A stretch of DNA of 63,035 nt, filler included, from Globobulimina sp. (GCA_003354225.1; 54 parts of 54 records of this genome joined end to end with filler, not necessarily neighbours in it), one strand, 5' to 3'; shown: positions 36,309-48,615, counted from the first letter of the whole stretch. A program made the numbers and translations. The notes: generated by a model not told the origin, from the letters alone.

Positions 36309-37301
36309 ATGATGAAGAAAAAGCTTCAAACAGTGATACCAGAAAAATCAGAAGAGAAAAGTATAAAAGATAAGCCAGATAAAAAAGTGCAAGTTCCATT
36401 TGTAATCTCACCAACAAAATGTATCATGAAAGTTATTGAAATGAGTAAGTTGACATCAAATGATGTATTTGTTGATATTGGATGTGGCGATGGGCGCGTT
36501 TTGATTACAGCCGCTCAAATGGCAAAGTGTAAATGCATTGGAATAGAAATTGAAGACAAATTGATATGCAAAGCCAGACAGTCAGTGAAAGATTCTAACA
36601 CCGCTGATTTAGTACAAATAATTAAATGTGATTTTAAATCCCTTGAAAGCATGCATAATATATTGAGAAAAGCAAGTGTTGTCTTTCTATATTTAATGCC
36701 GTATATAATGCCCTTCATAACGGATATATTAATCAAATCAGTAAAGGACGGCTGTCGTGTTATATCATATAAGTATGAGCTCGGTACACTTATTCCGAAA
36801 CCTGTTGAAAATATAAGAATCACTCAATGGAGTTACCCAACATTTGGAGCAACATTCAGTTTGATGCGGAATAAAATATTTATGACTAGTCTTCATCCGG
36901 ATTTTCAAAGTAAATATGGCATTGAAATTGATAAATTGGACTTTTGTCAGTTGGTTGGCATAAATGATAAGAATTTTGATACTGTTGGCAGTGAATATGA
37001 TTTTATTTTGGCAAAAAGATACTTGTTTGGTGTTATTAGTAATTATTATCAGTTTAGACATGATACGGATTCTGTACATAAATTGGATATGTTATTACGT
37101 TATCGATGTAAACGAGAGTTGTATGGTGATGCATATGATACATTTCGAGATCAACATAAATGGGCGGATACATTTGCTGCAATAAAACCAAATCAAATTG
37201 CGGAGGTTATAAACAAAACAGATGTTTTGGACAAGAGATGTCATTTGAAATTATATAGATTTCCTTTAGCAGAAACTGATTTTGGTTGGAAAAATATTTA
37301 G
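36309..37301 (+). CDS. Class I SAM-dependent methyltransferase (FAM173/DOT1-like)
   Basis: VPFVISP, VFVDIGCGDGRVL, IGIEIE, ASVVFLYL, GCRVISY. Confidence 0.88.
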   Translation: MMKKKLQTVIPEKSEEKSIKDKPDKKVQVPFVISPTKCIMKVIEMSKLTSNDVFVDIGCGDGRVLITAAQMAKCKCIGIEIEDKLICKARQSVKDSNTADLVQIIKCDFKSLESMHNILRKASVVFLYLMPYIMPFITDILIKSVKDGCRVISYKYELGTLIPKPVENIRITQWSYPTFGATFSLMRNKIFMTSLHPDFQSKYGIEIDKLDFCQLVGINDKNFDTVGSEYDFILAKRYLFGVISNYYQFRHDTDSVHKLDMLLRYRCKRELYGDAYDTFRDQHKWADTFAAIKPNQIAEVINKTDVLDKRCHLKLYRFPLAETDFGWKNI

Positions 37302-37428
37302 TAAGTGAACGCAGTAAAAAACACCCGTNNNNNNNNNNNNNNNNNNNNNNNNNNNNNNNNNNNNNNNNNNNNTTAATTAATTAANNNNNNNNNNNNNNNN
37401 NNNNNNNNNNNNNNNNNNNNNNNNNNNN

Positions 37429-37963
37429 TATTGTGGTAGGTTAGGCCATGGAGATGGTAATGATAGATATTCACCAACAAGAATACAATATTTTATTCAA
37501 AACAATATTAAAATTGGTAAAATATGTTGTGGTTATTGGCATAATATATTGCTATCATTAAATAAGAAAGTTTTGATCTTTTTGTGTTGTGTTTATTTAT
37601 TTTTACAAACATATTTTAATAAATAATAAGGTGTATTGTTTTGGAGGGAATGTGTTGTATCAATGTGGTAATGGTTCAGATGAAACTGTATATTTACCGC
37701 AACCAAATGAAACATTAAAAACGGAAACAATTATTGATATTAAATGTGGTGAGTCTCACAATATTGTTAAAACAGCGGATAATAAATATTATTTATGGGG
37801 ATTTAATCAATACAATCAATGTTTATATGTTCGTGATGCCAATCCGCCAAAATACATTAAGAAACCATTATTATTTAATTCAAATTATTTTGATACAGAT
37901 GAAGAAATTCTTGAAATGTATCCTGGATCCAATGAAACACGAATAATAATTTGTAAAATTTGA
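37429..37963 (+). CDS. RCC1-repeat protein, 3' part; intron 37570-37630
   Basis: GRLGHGD...ICCGYWHNILL..NKK|VYCFGGNVLYQCGNG...IKCGESHN...YLWGFNQYNQC. Confidence 0.9.
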
Positions 37964-38252
37964 AAGCACCTTTTTTTTTGTATATTTTATTGGTGGTTAA
38001 TATAAACTGTAATTGTTACAATGAAAAGAAAAGAAAAGTGAATAAATAAATAATTTGGTTCGATGTTCTGTCTCCTTTTCAGTTGCGTTTGGAAAGTGTG
38101 ATCGGATCCTCTTTCTTATAAAATCTCGGTGCCAACTCACTAAGTTCTCTCTCATATATTCCTTGGATTATTCTGATGTGTATAATTCTCGTCCAGTTCT
38201 TCTCGATTACGTTTACGGTTTTGTGTAAAGTACAAGAAAAAAGATATTTATA

Positions 38253-38497
38253 ATGTCAGCGTCTCAATTCTCTCAAACAATGATAATTTTGTTATTGATA
38301 ATACTCGAATCGAGTGCATCCAGTATCATCTCCAAAACAGCTTCAATAAATCCAAATAAGTTACATGATAATGGTGCTACAATAACGCAATTAAACGCAA
38401 TCATTTCAAGAGATCCTCTTCAATGGAAACTGCACGCAAACACAACAGAAGGATTTCATTTACAATTAACATTAAATAGATCCTGGCAATTCCATCC
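38253..38497 (+). CDS. Secreted hypothetical protein, N-terminus
   Basis: Signal-peptide-like start; truncated. Confidence 0.4.
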
Positions 38498-38852
38498 NNN
38501 NNNNNNNNNNNNNNNNNNNNNNNNNNNNNNNNNNNNNNNNNTTAATTAATTAANNNNNNNNNNNNNNNNNNNNNNNNNNNNNNNNNNNNNNNNNNNNCCT
38601 AAACCCTGGAATTTCCGAATATTTGAAAAATGCACAAAATTGAAAAAATCCAAAATATGCAAAATATGCAAAATTGACAAATGCTAAACTCTAAAGGGGA
38701 AATGGTGGAGTTGGTATAAGGGAGTGTTCAAATTCCGAAATATTGAATTTTAGCATTTTAGCAAAATTGCTCATTTTTGAAAAATTTGTAAATTTGCAAT
38801 TATTTGCCAAAAAAAAATACCACACCGTTTCAAAAATAGTAATACTACGGAG

Positions 38853-39509
38853 ATGATGCTTTTATTATCAATGGTATGCCCCTTACTCATATTGGTAGCA
38901 TATGCTGATCCCGCACCTCCCGAATGGCCAGACGCGTATATTATTGGTTCACTGGAAACTTGGTATATTTTTGTAAATGACACGAAAATACCAGCTGGTG
39001 TTAATAAAGCATACTGGTATTATGATTATACCAATGCAAGAATGCGATATGATCATGAAAAAGGTCAATTTGATAATTTTTGCCATATGAATGTCAATGA
39101 GGCAGTATCGTGTTCATTGATATTTGATCCATCGGGAGTTATGTTTGTCAATTATCCGGACATGGATTATTGTTGTCAATTATGTCCAGTTGGGGCATAT
39201 TGTACGGTGTTAAAGCCAACGTGGTTAAAAGGTGCCACATATAATGGAACACGAACAATTACTGCCAGAGAGTGCAATGTATGGAATATTACAGGTGCGG
39301 TTGCAACGGATTATTGGGCACAAGATGATAATAATACACCTTGTGCATATTACGAAGATGTATCTAATGGCAAAGGTAAACGTTTTTGGCATCAATTGGA
39401 TTTTAATGCAACTTCATATATTGTTGGTGAAACAAATGATGATATATTTAAGGTTCCAAGTAACTGTCATCAAATATGTAATAATACCGTCGATCCACCA
39501 ATTGACTGA
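38853..39509 (+). CDS. Secreted Cys-rich protein (At4g14100-like / ependymin-related fold)
   Basis: Signal peptide, PAPPEWP, WYYDYTN, VLKPTWLKGATYNG, CNVW, FKVPSNC; complete 218 aa. Confidence 0.65.
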   Translation: MMLLLSMVCPLLILVAYADPAPPEWPDAYIIGSLETWYIFVNDTKIPAGVNKAYWYYDYTNARMRYDHEKGQFDNFCHMNVNEAVSCSLIFDPSGVMFVNYPDMDYCCQLCPVGAYCTVLKPTWLKGATYNGTRTITARECNVWNITGAVATDYWAQDDNNTPCAYYEDVSNGKGKRFWHQLDFNATSYIVGETNDDIFKVPSNCHQICNNTVDPPID

Positions 39510-39815
39510 CATAATATTAGGGTATTAGTTAAATTGATTTTGTGTACACCCAACACACTCATGTTTCAAGTATATATGATCCAACCTTATGGTAAAAATT
39601 GTATTGCAGATTGGATATAATTTGTTTCATTTTATTTTAGCATAATATTAGTTTTAGATTTATTATNNNNNNNNNNNNNNNNNNNNNNNNNNNNNNNNNN
39701 NNNNNNNNNNTTAATTAATTAANNNNNNNNNNNNNNNNNNNNNNNNNNNNNNNNNNNNNNNNNNNNATCATTTAAAGCTAAAAATTAGCAAAGAAAAAAG
39801 ATTCAAAAACCTAAC

Positions 39816-40666
39816 ATGGCTCCATCACAACTGTATGTTTCCCTGTAATTTTTACATTTTTATTTTTCAATAATATTATTTTTTTGTTTAGCATACAAAT
39901 GGTGGATACGAAAGAGATTTATGTCGAAGCATTGATGAGTGAATCGTTTCTTGTTTTATTTTTTTTCTCAATGACCATTTTATTTATTAGCAATGTGTGG
40001 GCGCAAACTACCAAAAAATACATTGGAACACAAAACAGACGGAATTACTTTGCTGAGACTTTGCTATCTTTTATTCATGCAATTGTCATCTCAGTCACAT
40101 GCTGCACGCAGTTATATTTTAATACGCAATTTACTCGAAATATTTACAGTTATTCGACATCATTGTCATGTGCGTATTTTGTATTTCATGGATTCAGATA
40201 TTTATCATTCAAAACGTCAACAAATATAGCTTTTGTATTGCATCATATTCTCGCGTTTCTTGCTCTTGTTCCATTGACAAATATCAATGCATATTATTTG
40301 CAACAAGATACCGAATGTCACAACGTCATTTACTTCGTGTCTGCAGGATGTCATTTGGTGGAAATATCCACGCTTTGGTTAGACATTCGTATTTTCTCTA
40401 AATTGTTTGACAAACCGCGCACTTATTTTGTATCGACATTATTTTTGGTGGCCACGTACTTCCCATTAAGATGTATTTGGTTAATATATGTTGTATACGT
40501 TATTATGCAGTCAGCGGATGTATTTGGTGCTTGTTTTGGTCATTATTCATTGCATTTGCTCGTCGCAACATTTTCGTTCATTTGGTTAATGAGTTTTATT
40601 TATTCGCTGACAATGTTACAATCAGGAAAAAAATTATTTAATCTCAAGTATTATAAAGATTGTTAA
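39816..40666 (+). CDS. TLC-domain (TRAM/LAG1/CLN8) membrane protein; intron 39833-39891
   Basis: ATG 39816 MAPSQL|IQMVD; SFIHA, LHH, EIST, FPLR motifs. Confidence 0.85.
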
Positions 40667-40935
40667 ATATCATTTTGTATGGAACATTCCCTTTCATTTA
40701 ATAGTTTATATATACTTTACACAATATGACCTTTTATCGATTTTTTAATATATTGTTCGGCTTTGCGCGCATTGTTTTTTATTTAATGAATTGATACTTG
40801 CCTTTTTTTTTCGAGTTACAGTCAGTCAGTCAGTCNNNNNNNNNNNNNNNNNNNNNNNNNNNNNNNNNNNNNNNNNNNNTTAATTAATTAANNNNNNNNN
40901 NNNNNNNNNNNNNNNNNNNNNNNNNNNNNNNNNNN

Positions 40936-41160
40936 TTTCACTAAGAAAGTTTTCACTAAGAAGTTTTTCACTAAGAAGTTTTCACTAAGAAGTTTTTCAC
41001 TAAGAAAGTTTTTCACTAAGAAGTTTTCACTAAGAAGTTTTCACTAAGAAAGTTTTTCACTAAGAAGTTTTCACTAAGAGGTTTTTCACTAAGAAAGTTT
41101 TTCATTAAGAAAGTTTTCACTAAGAAATTTTCACTAAGAAGTTTTCACTAAGAAGTTTTT
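40936..41160. repeat. 14-16-bp minisatellite (TTTTCACTAAGAAG)n
   Basis: Direct tandem array. Confidence 0.97.
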
Positions 41161-41350
41161 CGGAAACGAATTTTGTACATGAATTTCAGAAACGAATTTT
41201 GTACATGAATTTCGGAAACGAATTTTGTACATGAATTTCGGAAACGATTTTGTTCATGAATTTCGGAAACGAATTTTGTACATGAATTTCTGAAACAAAT
41301 TTTGTACATGAATTTCAGAAATGAATTTTGTACATGAATTTCGGAAGCGA
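41161..41350. repeat. 26-bp tandem repeat, ~7 copies (CGGAAACGAATTTTGTACATGAATTT)
   Basis: Head-to-tail copies with no spacers. Confidence 0.95.
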
Positions 41351-41453
41351 ATTTCGCAAAAACTTCTGAGTCACTCAAAAACTTCTAGGTCCAAAAATTT
41401 GAAGGAATAAAAATACCGGAAAATGTTTAAGAAATTTCCGGAAAATTCTGCTT

Positions 41454-41521
41454 CTTGCCTCTGGGTCTACCTTGCCTCGTGATGTATCTTGCCTCTATGT
41501 CTATCTTGCCTCTGGGTCTAT
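41454..41521. repeat. 17-bp tandem repeat, 4 copies (CTTGCCTCTGGGTCTA-like)
   Basis: CTTGCCTC recurs four times. Confidence 0.8.
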
Positions 41522-41649
41522 CGCCCCGAAATGCAACTCTGTTGCCCCCCTAATAGTCTTCTCCCGACACGATACATAAATCTAATTACACCTTTGTCTT
41601 TATTTTAAAAACTGAATGGTATTGGTCCAGGGGAGAATTTCAACTTAAT

Positions 41650-42004
41650 GAAGTTTTTCACTAAGAAGTTTTTCAGTAAGAAATTTTTCAGTAAGAAATT
41701 TTTCAGTAAGAAAGTTTTTCACTAAGAAAGTTTTCACTAAGAAATTTTCACTAAGAAGTTTTTCACTAAGAAAGTTTTTCACTAAGAAGTTTTCACAAAG
41801 AAGTTTTTCACTAAGAAAGTTTTTCACTAAGAAAGTTTTCACTAAGAAATTTTCACTAAGAAGTTTTTCACTAAGAATTTTTCACTAAGAAGTTTTTCAC
41901 TAACAAAGTTTTTCACTAAGAAGTTTTCACTAAGAAGTTTTCACTAAGAAGTTTTTCACTAAGAAAGTTTTTCACTAAGAAGTTTTCACTAAGAAGTTTT
42001 TCAC
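41650..42004. repeat. 14-16-bp minisatellite (TTTTCACTAAGAAG)n, second block
   Basis: Same unit and orientation as 40936-41160. Confidence 0.97.
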
Positions 42005-42106
42005 NNNNNNNNNNNNNNNNNNNNNNNNNNNNNNNNNNNNNNNNNNNNTTAATTAATTAANNNNNNNNNNNNNNNNNNNNNNNNNNNNNNNNNNNNNNNN
42101 NNNNCA

Positions 42107-43033
42107 AATGCAAAATTTAATATACAACGTACATTACGTGGTCATACTGATAAAATACATGCATTGCGATGGTGTGCAGATAATAATCATTTAGTCTCCG
42201 CCTCCAAAGATGGATCATTAATCGTATGGGACATGGTGAGCTACAGAAAGAAATTAGGTATTCCATTACGAATGGCTTGGGTTATGACTGTGGATTATTC
42301 GCCCGATGGGAATCTGATCGCATCCGCAGGTTTAGATAACCTATGCAGTATATTCAATATTAAAGATAAAGTAGGTTGGGCCTCAGAAATGGTTAATACA
42401 CATCGGGAGTTACAACAACATGAAGGATATATATCTTGCAACAGATTTACGTCAAATCAACATATATTAACTGCATCGGGTGACTCCACCATTGTATTAT
42501 GGGATATTGAATGTCAACAACCCGTTTCCGTATTTTGTGGACATAGTGGCGATGTAGAGAGCGTGGAACATAATACGTCGAGCAATAATACATTTGTTTC
42601 TGGCTCTATTGATACGACTGCCAAGTTATGGGATTATCGACTTTCGTCGCATACCGCGTGTATTAATACATTTTCTGGTCATTTGAGCGATATAAATTGG
42701 ATCAAATGGTTCCCAGATTTTAAATCGTTTGCGACTTGTTCAGATGATGGTACTTGTCGCTTATTTGACATTGCCTCGTATCAGACCTTAAATGTGTACG
42801 GTGATAAGTTAAAGGAAGCAAATGCAGCCACTTGTGTTGATTTTAGCAAATCTGGTAATTATTTAACTGCTGCCTATGATGAAGGTGTTATGTGTCTTGC
42901 ATGGAATACGGTGACTGCTGAGGTGGAAACGGATTTGCCTCACGAAATGCGTGTTTCTGCATTGCAATTTCAACCAAATGGAAATTCCCTTGTTACTGGA
43001 TCTTGGGATAAAAGTTTACGAATTTGGGTGTAA
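42107..43033 (+). CDS. GNB: Heterotrimeric G-protein beta subunit, partial
   Basis: RTLRGHTDKIHA, LVSASKDGSLIVWD, IPLRMAWVMT, AGLDNLCSIF, HEGYISC, TASGDST, SDDGTCRLFD, TGSWDKSLRIW. Confidence 0.95.
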   Translation, partial: NAKFNIQRTLRGHTDKIHALRWCADNNHLVSASKDGSLIVWDMVSYRKKLGIPLRMAWVMTVDYSPDGNLIASAGLDNLCSIFNIKDKVGWASEMVNTHRELQQHEGYISCNRFTSNQHILTASGDSTIVLWDIECQQPVSVFCGHSGDVESVEHNTSSNNTFVSGSIDTTAKLWDYRLSSHTACINTFSGHLSDINWIKWFPDFKSFATCSDDGTCRLFDIASYQTLNVYGDKLKEANAATCVDFSKSGNYLTAAYDEGVMCLAWNTVTAEVETDLPHEMRVSALQFQPNGNSLVTGSWDKSLRIWV

Positions 43034-43361
43034 AAAACTAAAATAATAAAAATGTTTTTTGTGTTTTCTTTATTATTGTTTTTGTGTTTAAAGTTTTTTT
43101 AATAGTTCTGACTGACTTTTTTTTTCTTTTTTTCTGATTGAAATGTGTGTCGAATTTAGATTCTCTTTTTAATNNNNNNNNNNNNNNNNNNNNNNNNNNN
43201 NNNNNNNNNNNNNNNNNTTAATTAATTAANNNNNNNNNNNNNNNNNNNNNNNNNNNNNNNNNNNNNNNNNNNNAACGTTTAGGTTCAGGCTGCAAACCTG
43301 AACCAGCGTTAAGCACGGTGTGTTATATTATTAATAATACGCCGTATATACTATATATAGA

Positions 43362-43852
43362 CAGCAGTGGAATACAATCAAATTGAAATGTTAAAAATGT
43401 TAGTTCATTACGGAATGGATATAAATTCCAAATCTGGAGAATTAACCCTATCAAATACACCATTACATCTTGCAGTCACTAAAGGTAATTTAAATATGGT
43501 TGCTACTATTTTGGGTTTAAACGGAGATATCAATTCTCAAAATGATTTGGGATTAACTGCATTGGCGATTGCTACGTTAAAAGGTCATATACAAATTGCA
43601 TTGCATTTGCTACAAAAAGAAGCAGAGCCAACAATTCCAGACAGCGAAGGGAAAACTGCCTATATTCATGCTAAGGAGAACGGAATTGTTGAATTATTAT
43701 CACATTTACCAGAACAGCATTGGTCATTGAATGACGACCCAAAATGGTTAGCATTGATCGAAGCAAAATTAAAACAGAAACAAGACGGCGAAACCAAAAA
43801 AGCAGCAAAAGGAGGTAAAAAAAAAGGTAAAAAGGGTAAAAAGAAGAAATAA
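43362..43852 (+). CDS. Ankyrin-repeat protein, last exon, K-rich tail
   Basis: NTPLHLAV, GLTALAIA, GKTAYIHA repeats. Confidence 0.9.
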
Positions 43853-44033
43853 TCTCAACATCGTAACTATTTCTATAATTTTATTGTAAGCATTCATATT
43901 TAAAATCGTAACTGTTAATTTTGTCACACATAAAATATATTATTCAAACCCAGTATAACAAAAACAGAACGTCTCATACATCCGATTAAAAAACTACTCT
44001 CAAAAACTATTCTTACTAGTGTTACTACTTAAA

Positions 44034-44342
44034 ATGTCATTCAATTCAGACGTACTGGTTTGGTGGGTGGAACAAATAGTCGTATACATTGGATTAATAA
44101 TGTCCACCACTATGTGTGTCATCATTATTAAAGAATTTAAATCATTGCATCACGAATTAGCACCGGCATTACTATTCTTCATGTATGCAGTGCATATAAT
44201 GTGCGTATTATTTTTTGTCGATAGTATGTTATCACTAACCATTTTACCGTTATTTCGTTTCTTTCAAATCACAACAGATCCGGAAACAGCATGTCGTGTA
44301 ACTTACGTCGGTCTATCTGTCCTTGGAGCTGGTTTATTATTG
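44034..44342 (+). CDS. Multi-pass (7TM-like) membrane protein, N-terminus
   Basis: Three hydrophobic helices with a Cys at the start of TM3; truncated. Confidence 0.5.
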
Positions 44343-44443
44343 NNNNNNNNNNNNNNNNNNNNNNNNNNNNNNNNNNNNNNNNNNNNTTAATTAATTAANN
44401 NNNNNNNNNNNNNNNNNNNNNNNNNNNNNNNNNNNNNNNNNNA

Positions 44444-45250
44444 GTGAGTATGATTATTTTGTCAGAAAAAGAGAATAAGAATATTGTATTGAATGAAATG
44501 TGTTTATTATTATTATTGGCGCAAGCGATAAATTGTAAGGATTTGAAGCTAGCCACAATTTATCAAAATAGATTATCAGAATTAGTTTCAACATCGCATG
44601 ATTTGACAGATTTATATTATTTGGAAATGATGTTTTGGAATTCACAAATTAGATTTGAATACGGCGAATATATGGAAGCATCGCGAATTATAAATAATTT
44701 AATCTCTCTTTGCAATCGGCGCTCATTGCAATCCCTAACAATTCCGTACTATTTATTCTTAGCAAAAATACATTTAAAATCACATTGTCAAATTACACAA
44801 ATTATGTCGTATGTATTGAAGGCATGGTCGATATGCAAAACATATCATTTTTATTATTGGTTACCGCAATGTGTGATAGAATTAGCTAAATTGCATTTGG
44901 ACTTAAATAATATTCAACAATCTTTTACTTTGATTCAACAGCATCTACCAATTATACTCAAGAAAAATAATTATTTAATTGTTGAGGCTTATATTAATTT
45001 GGCAAAATGTTGTTTGCAGAATAATCACTTTGTAAATTCAATTCAATATTTTCATATTGCACGTATTTGGTGTCTAAAATTAATGAAAACACAGGAATCA
45101 TTTAAAAATAGTTGTAGTTCAAAGGAATTATTACAGAAAATATATTATTTTCTTGCAAGAATTTATGAAAATATTTCTGATACAGTCAATAGGGATAAAT
45201 CTGCCCAAAAAATGTTTGAAATTGATGACAATAATTATAATGATAACTAA
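44444..45250 (+). CDS. ANAPC5: Anaphase-promoting complex subunit 5-like TPR protein, C-terminal part
   Basis: TPR helices with YVLKAWSICKTY, LAKLHLDL...QHLPIIL, LAKC, IYYFLARIYENISDTVNRDKSA, matching the APC5 C-terminal pattern. Confidence 0.7.
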   Translation: MSMIILSEKENKNIVLNEMCLLLLLAQAINCKDLKLATIYQNRLSELVSTSHDLTDLYYLEMMFWNSQIRFEYGEYMEASRIINNLISLCNRRSLQSLTIPYYLFLAKIHLKSHCQITQIMSYVLKAWSICKTYHFYYWLPQCVIELAKLHLDLNNIQQSFTLIQQHLPIILKKNNYLIVEAYINLAKCCLQNNHFVNSIQYFHIARIWCLKLMKTQESFKNSCSSKELLQKIYYFLARIYENISDTVNRDKSAQKMFEIDDNNYNDN

Positions 45251-45612
45251 TGATATTTTTTACGCTTTTACAATTTATATTCACTTTTCTCAGACTAAAT
45301 TTCTCTGTCATTTTTATTTAAGTGGTCTGCTCACACTGCAAACAAGTTATCTTCACATACAGATAAACAAAAAAAATATAGTTGATCGATCCATGTATTA
45401 TATGGTGACAAAAGTGACTTTCAAGTTTCAAGTGTTTCTCCCCCTATATGCCATTATCTCGGCTCAAGAGATGACTACCTTACTCCGTGAAAACTCCAAA
45501 CTCTCTTTTTTNNNNNNNNNNNNNNNNNNNNNNNNNNNNNNNNNNNNNNNNNNNNTTAATTAATTAANNNNNNNNNNNNNNNNNNNNNNNNNNNNNNNNN
45601 NNNNNNNNNNNA

Positions 45613-46503
45613 GTGACAAGCTCACCATCCAATAATTATAATTTTGTTGAAGAGGAATTGGACGCAATAACATCGATGGAGATAACCCGTAGACATAAAC
45701 TACGAAAACGAAAGAAAAATAAAATAAATAAAAATATCAGTAAAGAGGATGATGTTTATGCCCGTACACCGATATTAAGCGCAGTAAAAAAGGACAATAA
45801 TATTAATAAAAAACAGACGCGATTATCATTTCGGATCAGTGACGGTGTGGACGTGGAGAAATACTTCAATTATGACGACAAATTAATCGATGTGATGAGA
45901 TTTATTATATCAGAGACGGGCATGACTCATTTTTTATTCATCTCACAATATCCGGCGTTGCATATTGATTCCATATATTTGGACAGCAAAATGATAGGAA
46001 AATGCGATGAGAAAAGCAATGAGTCCATGTATGATGCGATCCAAAATAAATTAGAGAAAACATTGTATGAATTGAATTTAGTGCCAAGTTGTCGGGTATT
46101 TATACAGCCAAAATTCAAAGGGCAAGAACGCGGAGTGAGTGAAAGTGATAATGTTATTGTGAAAACCATGCATTTTATTCTTAATTTGGTTAAAATTATT
46201 GTCGAATATGGATATAATGGACTTTTATTTGTGGTTTATATAGTTTGGGAAATAGTGAATGTGCCGTTAAAAATGATGGGGATAACAAAGGAGAAGGATG
46301 TGAAAGAAAATTATGAACGGAAAAGTAAAGGTAATTATAATAAATTAAATGGAAAGAAATCCAAATTACCGCCGTTTAAAAAGAATAAGAGATTACAGGG
46401 CAAAAAATCAAATATGAAAAGATTAACTCATTCAGAAAATGATGAAGATAAAAATCGATACGCAAATGGTAACAGTACAATGTATGGTGGCGATCAGAAA
46501 TGA
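45613..46503 (+). CDS. UBX-domain protein (UBXN4/erasin-like), partial
   Basis: TRLSFRISDG, SQYP, TLYELNLVPS (UBX), hydrophobic hairpin, C-terminal NGNST. Confidence 0.85.
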   Translation: MTSSPSNNYNFVEEELDAITSMEITRRHKLRKRKKNKINKNISKEDDVYARTPILSAVKKDNNINKKQTRLSFRISDGVDVEKYFNYDDKLIDVMRFIISETGMTHFLFISQYPALHIDSIYLDSKMIGKCDEKSNESMYDAIQNKLEKTLYELNLVPSCRVFIQPKFKGQERGVSESDNVIVKTMHFILNLVKIIVEYGYNGLLFVVYIVWEIVNVPLKMMGITKEKDVKENYERKSKGNYNKLNGKKSKLPPFKKNKRLQGKKSNMKRLTHSENDEDKNRYANGNSTMYGGDQK

Positions 46504-47172
46504 GACACTTTACAATTATAATAAGTATTTTATGGGCGTTTTTTTTAAATAAAATTTATCTTTTTTCTTTATATGGCAACTTCCATACACCTCATACACC
46601 AATCCGGTACCATACAATATTAAAACCTTCAACAAGTTTTTTTCTTTTTTCACTGTCAAACAATTAACCACTAACTTACTNNNNNNNNNNNNNNNNNNNN
46701 NNNNNNNNNNNNNNNNNNNNNNNNTTAATTAATTAANNNNNNNNNNNNNNNNNNNNNNNNNNNNNNNNNNNNNNNNNNNNAATTAATTTTATGTTTACTC
46801 AGTGTCGTACAGTGCGTTTTCATAATCATAATCATTGTCGCTTCTTTCAAGTCCGAAAAGCCTATATAGCAAACCGATTCTGGATTTGCAAACTGTTTCT
46901 AGAATAATCGAAAATTATGATAAATGACTGGATGATAAAATCTAGACACCGCTTCACTGATATTATATCCCATAAAATAATCAATGGTATAATAAAGCAG
47001 CACTTATATCTTTTTGATGGTATGATACGTCATAATAATGTGTTATATAACTTATATTATAGTTTCCTTGCTTTTTGCATGATTTATTTGTTTGCTATTT
47101 GAAATCTAATTTATTGATCGGACTTTTATCCTTTTGGTTTTTAACTACAAAAGTAATTTTGAATTGATCATT

Positions 47173-47757
47173 TCATTCATTTTGCTTTTGTACTAAATTT
47201 AGAAGCGATACATATTTTGATTGTAATTCTGGAAACAAATTGGAAACATCATTTTTATCAATCACAACTTGTTCTAGATTTTTAACTTGATCATAGTACG
47301 CTTTCTTGGCCATAACGAAGGTGTTTTTCATTTTGTTAACGTTTTGTGAACAATCTCTCAAACGTTTTGATACAATTTCCAAATGAATCATTTCTCTCTT
47401 TTCAAATTGCTGTATCCACCATTCCCTGGAATGCATTGATTCCCTCAAATGTCCAGTGCCTGTCTGACCTGGTCTCGCTGCGCCAAATACTAAGAATTTG
47501 TCTGTCCTTTCCACCAAAAAATCACACATTGTATTTGAAAACGTAGCGTCAATGTGTTCAGCCACTTCGCTTGAAAATACCAAATCAAATGTTCCGAATG
47601 AATGCAATACTTTTTCATCCACCAAAAATATATTCATCGCCACTTGTGTGGCATGATACTGTTCGGAGCCAAACACTGCAGCATCGAGCATACTCTCTGG
47701 CTCTATTCCGATGAATCTCGAAGAATCTTTATCTGCTGCAATGGAAAAACGTTCCAT
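47173..47757 (-). CDS. SAM-dependent methyltransferase, 3' part
   Basis: IGIEP, FDLVFSSEVAEHI, GAARPGQTGTGH, WWIQQF; 5' boundary uncertain. Confidence 0.8.
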   Translation of the reverse strand: MERFSIAADKDSSRFIGIEPESMLDAAVFGSEQYHATQVAMNIFLVDEKVLHSFGTFDLVFSSEVAEHIDATFSNTMCDFLVERTDKFLVFGAARPGQTGTGHLRESMHSREWWIQQFEKREMIHLEIVSKRLRDCSQNVNKMKNTFVMAKKAYYDQVKNLEQVVIDKNDVSNLFPELQSKYVSLLNLVQKQNE

Positions 47758-47949
47758 GTAATTAAGGTATTGTATTACGGTTATTTACATATAAAATCTC
47801 CGTCTATTTGTATGCATAAAACGAAAAGTTTTGATTCTGTGCAGCTAAANNNNNNNNNNNNNNNNNNNNNNNNNNNNNNNNNNNNNNNNNNNNTTAATTA
47901 ATTAANNNNNNNNNNNNNNNNNNNNNNNNNNNNNNNNNNNNNNNNNNNN

Positions 47950-48351
47950 GTCTGCGTCAGAATTGACAGTGCCGACAAATATGGTTTCATCTAAACATTC
48001 TTCGATGCAGTTTGGGTATAAATTGGAATGGTTTTTATTGGGTGGGAGTGGGTAATAATTCTCAAAATAACAGAAGGAACATTCATCTCTTTCGCCTTGA
48101 ATGGATTGGTCGGCCGTACTAAAAGCGACCCAGTGTTGCGCAGGGAAATAATATTCGAAAAAGATTCTATGCGGCTCGGCATGGACAAATCCACGACCTA
48201 AACCTTGTAAAAAAGCAAATTCAGTTTCATATGTTTGTCCAGCCGGACTACAGTCAAATTGACGATGGGGAAAGAATTCTTCCACTAAAATATCTACAGA
48301 ATCTTCTGCGTGTAATTTACTAACCACTAGCAACAAATATATGAACAACAT
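47950..48351 (-). CDS. Secreted/membrane hypothetical protein, N-terminus
   Basis: Signal peptide; Cys-containing; truncated. Confidence 0.5.
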
Positions 48352-48615
48352 TGTTGCGTCTTTTCTTTTGAGCTATGATATTATATTTTGATGATATTGC
48401 TTTTGTTAAATCAGACTGCTAAGGGGAGGATTCGTTTACGAATATGTGATGATTAGTAGTTTTTACGGTGGTTGTTTTCGGCGTTTTGTGATTGTGGATT
48501 CACGATATCGACTTTATTCCACTGAAAAATTGGCATTTAAAACAAGAATATACATTATTTAGGCATTTGATTGTATACAAGATATATCGGACACCATAGC
48601 TAACGTGGACATATT

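Noticed and set aside
41161-41350. 26-bp repeats as a CRISPR array
   Set aside because: Copies are contiguous with no unique spacers, and no cas genes are present.
41148-41842. ORFs 41148-41378 and 41645-41842
   Set aside because: These are translations of tandem repeats.
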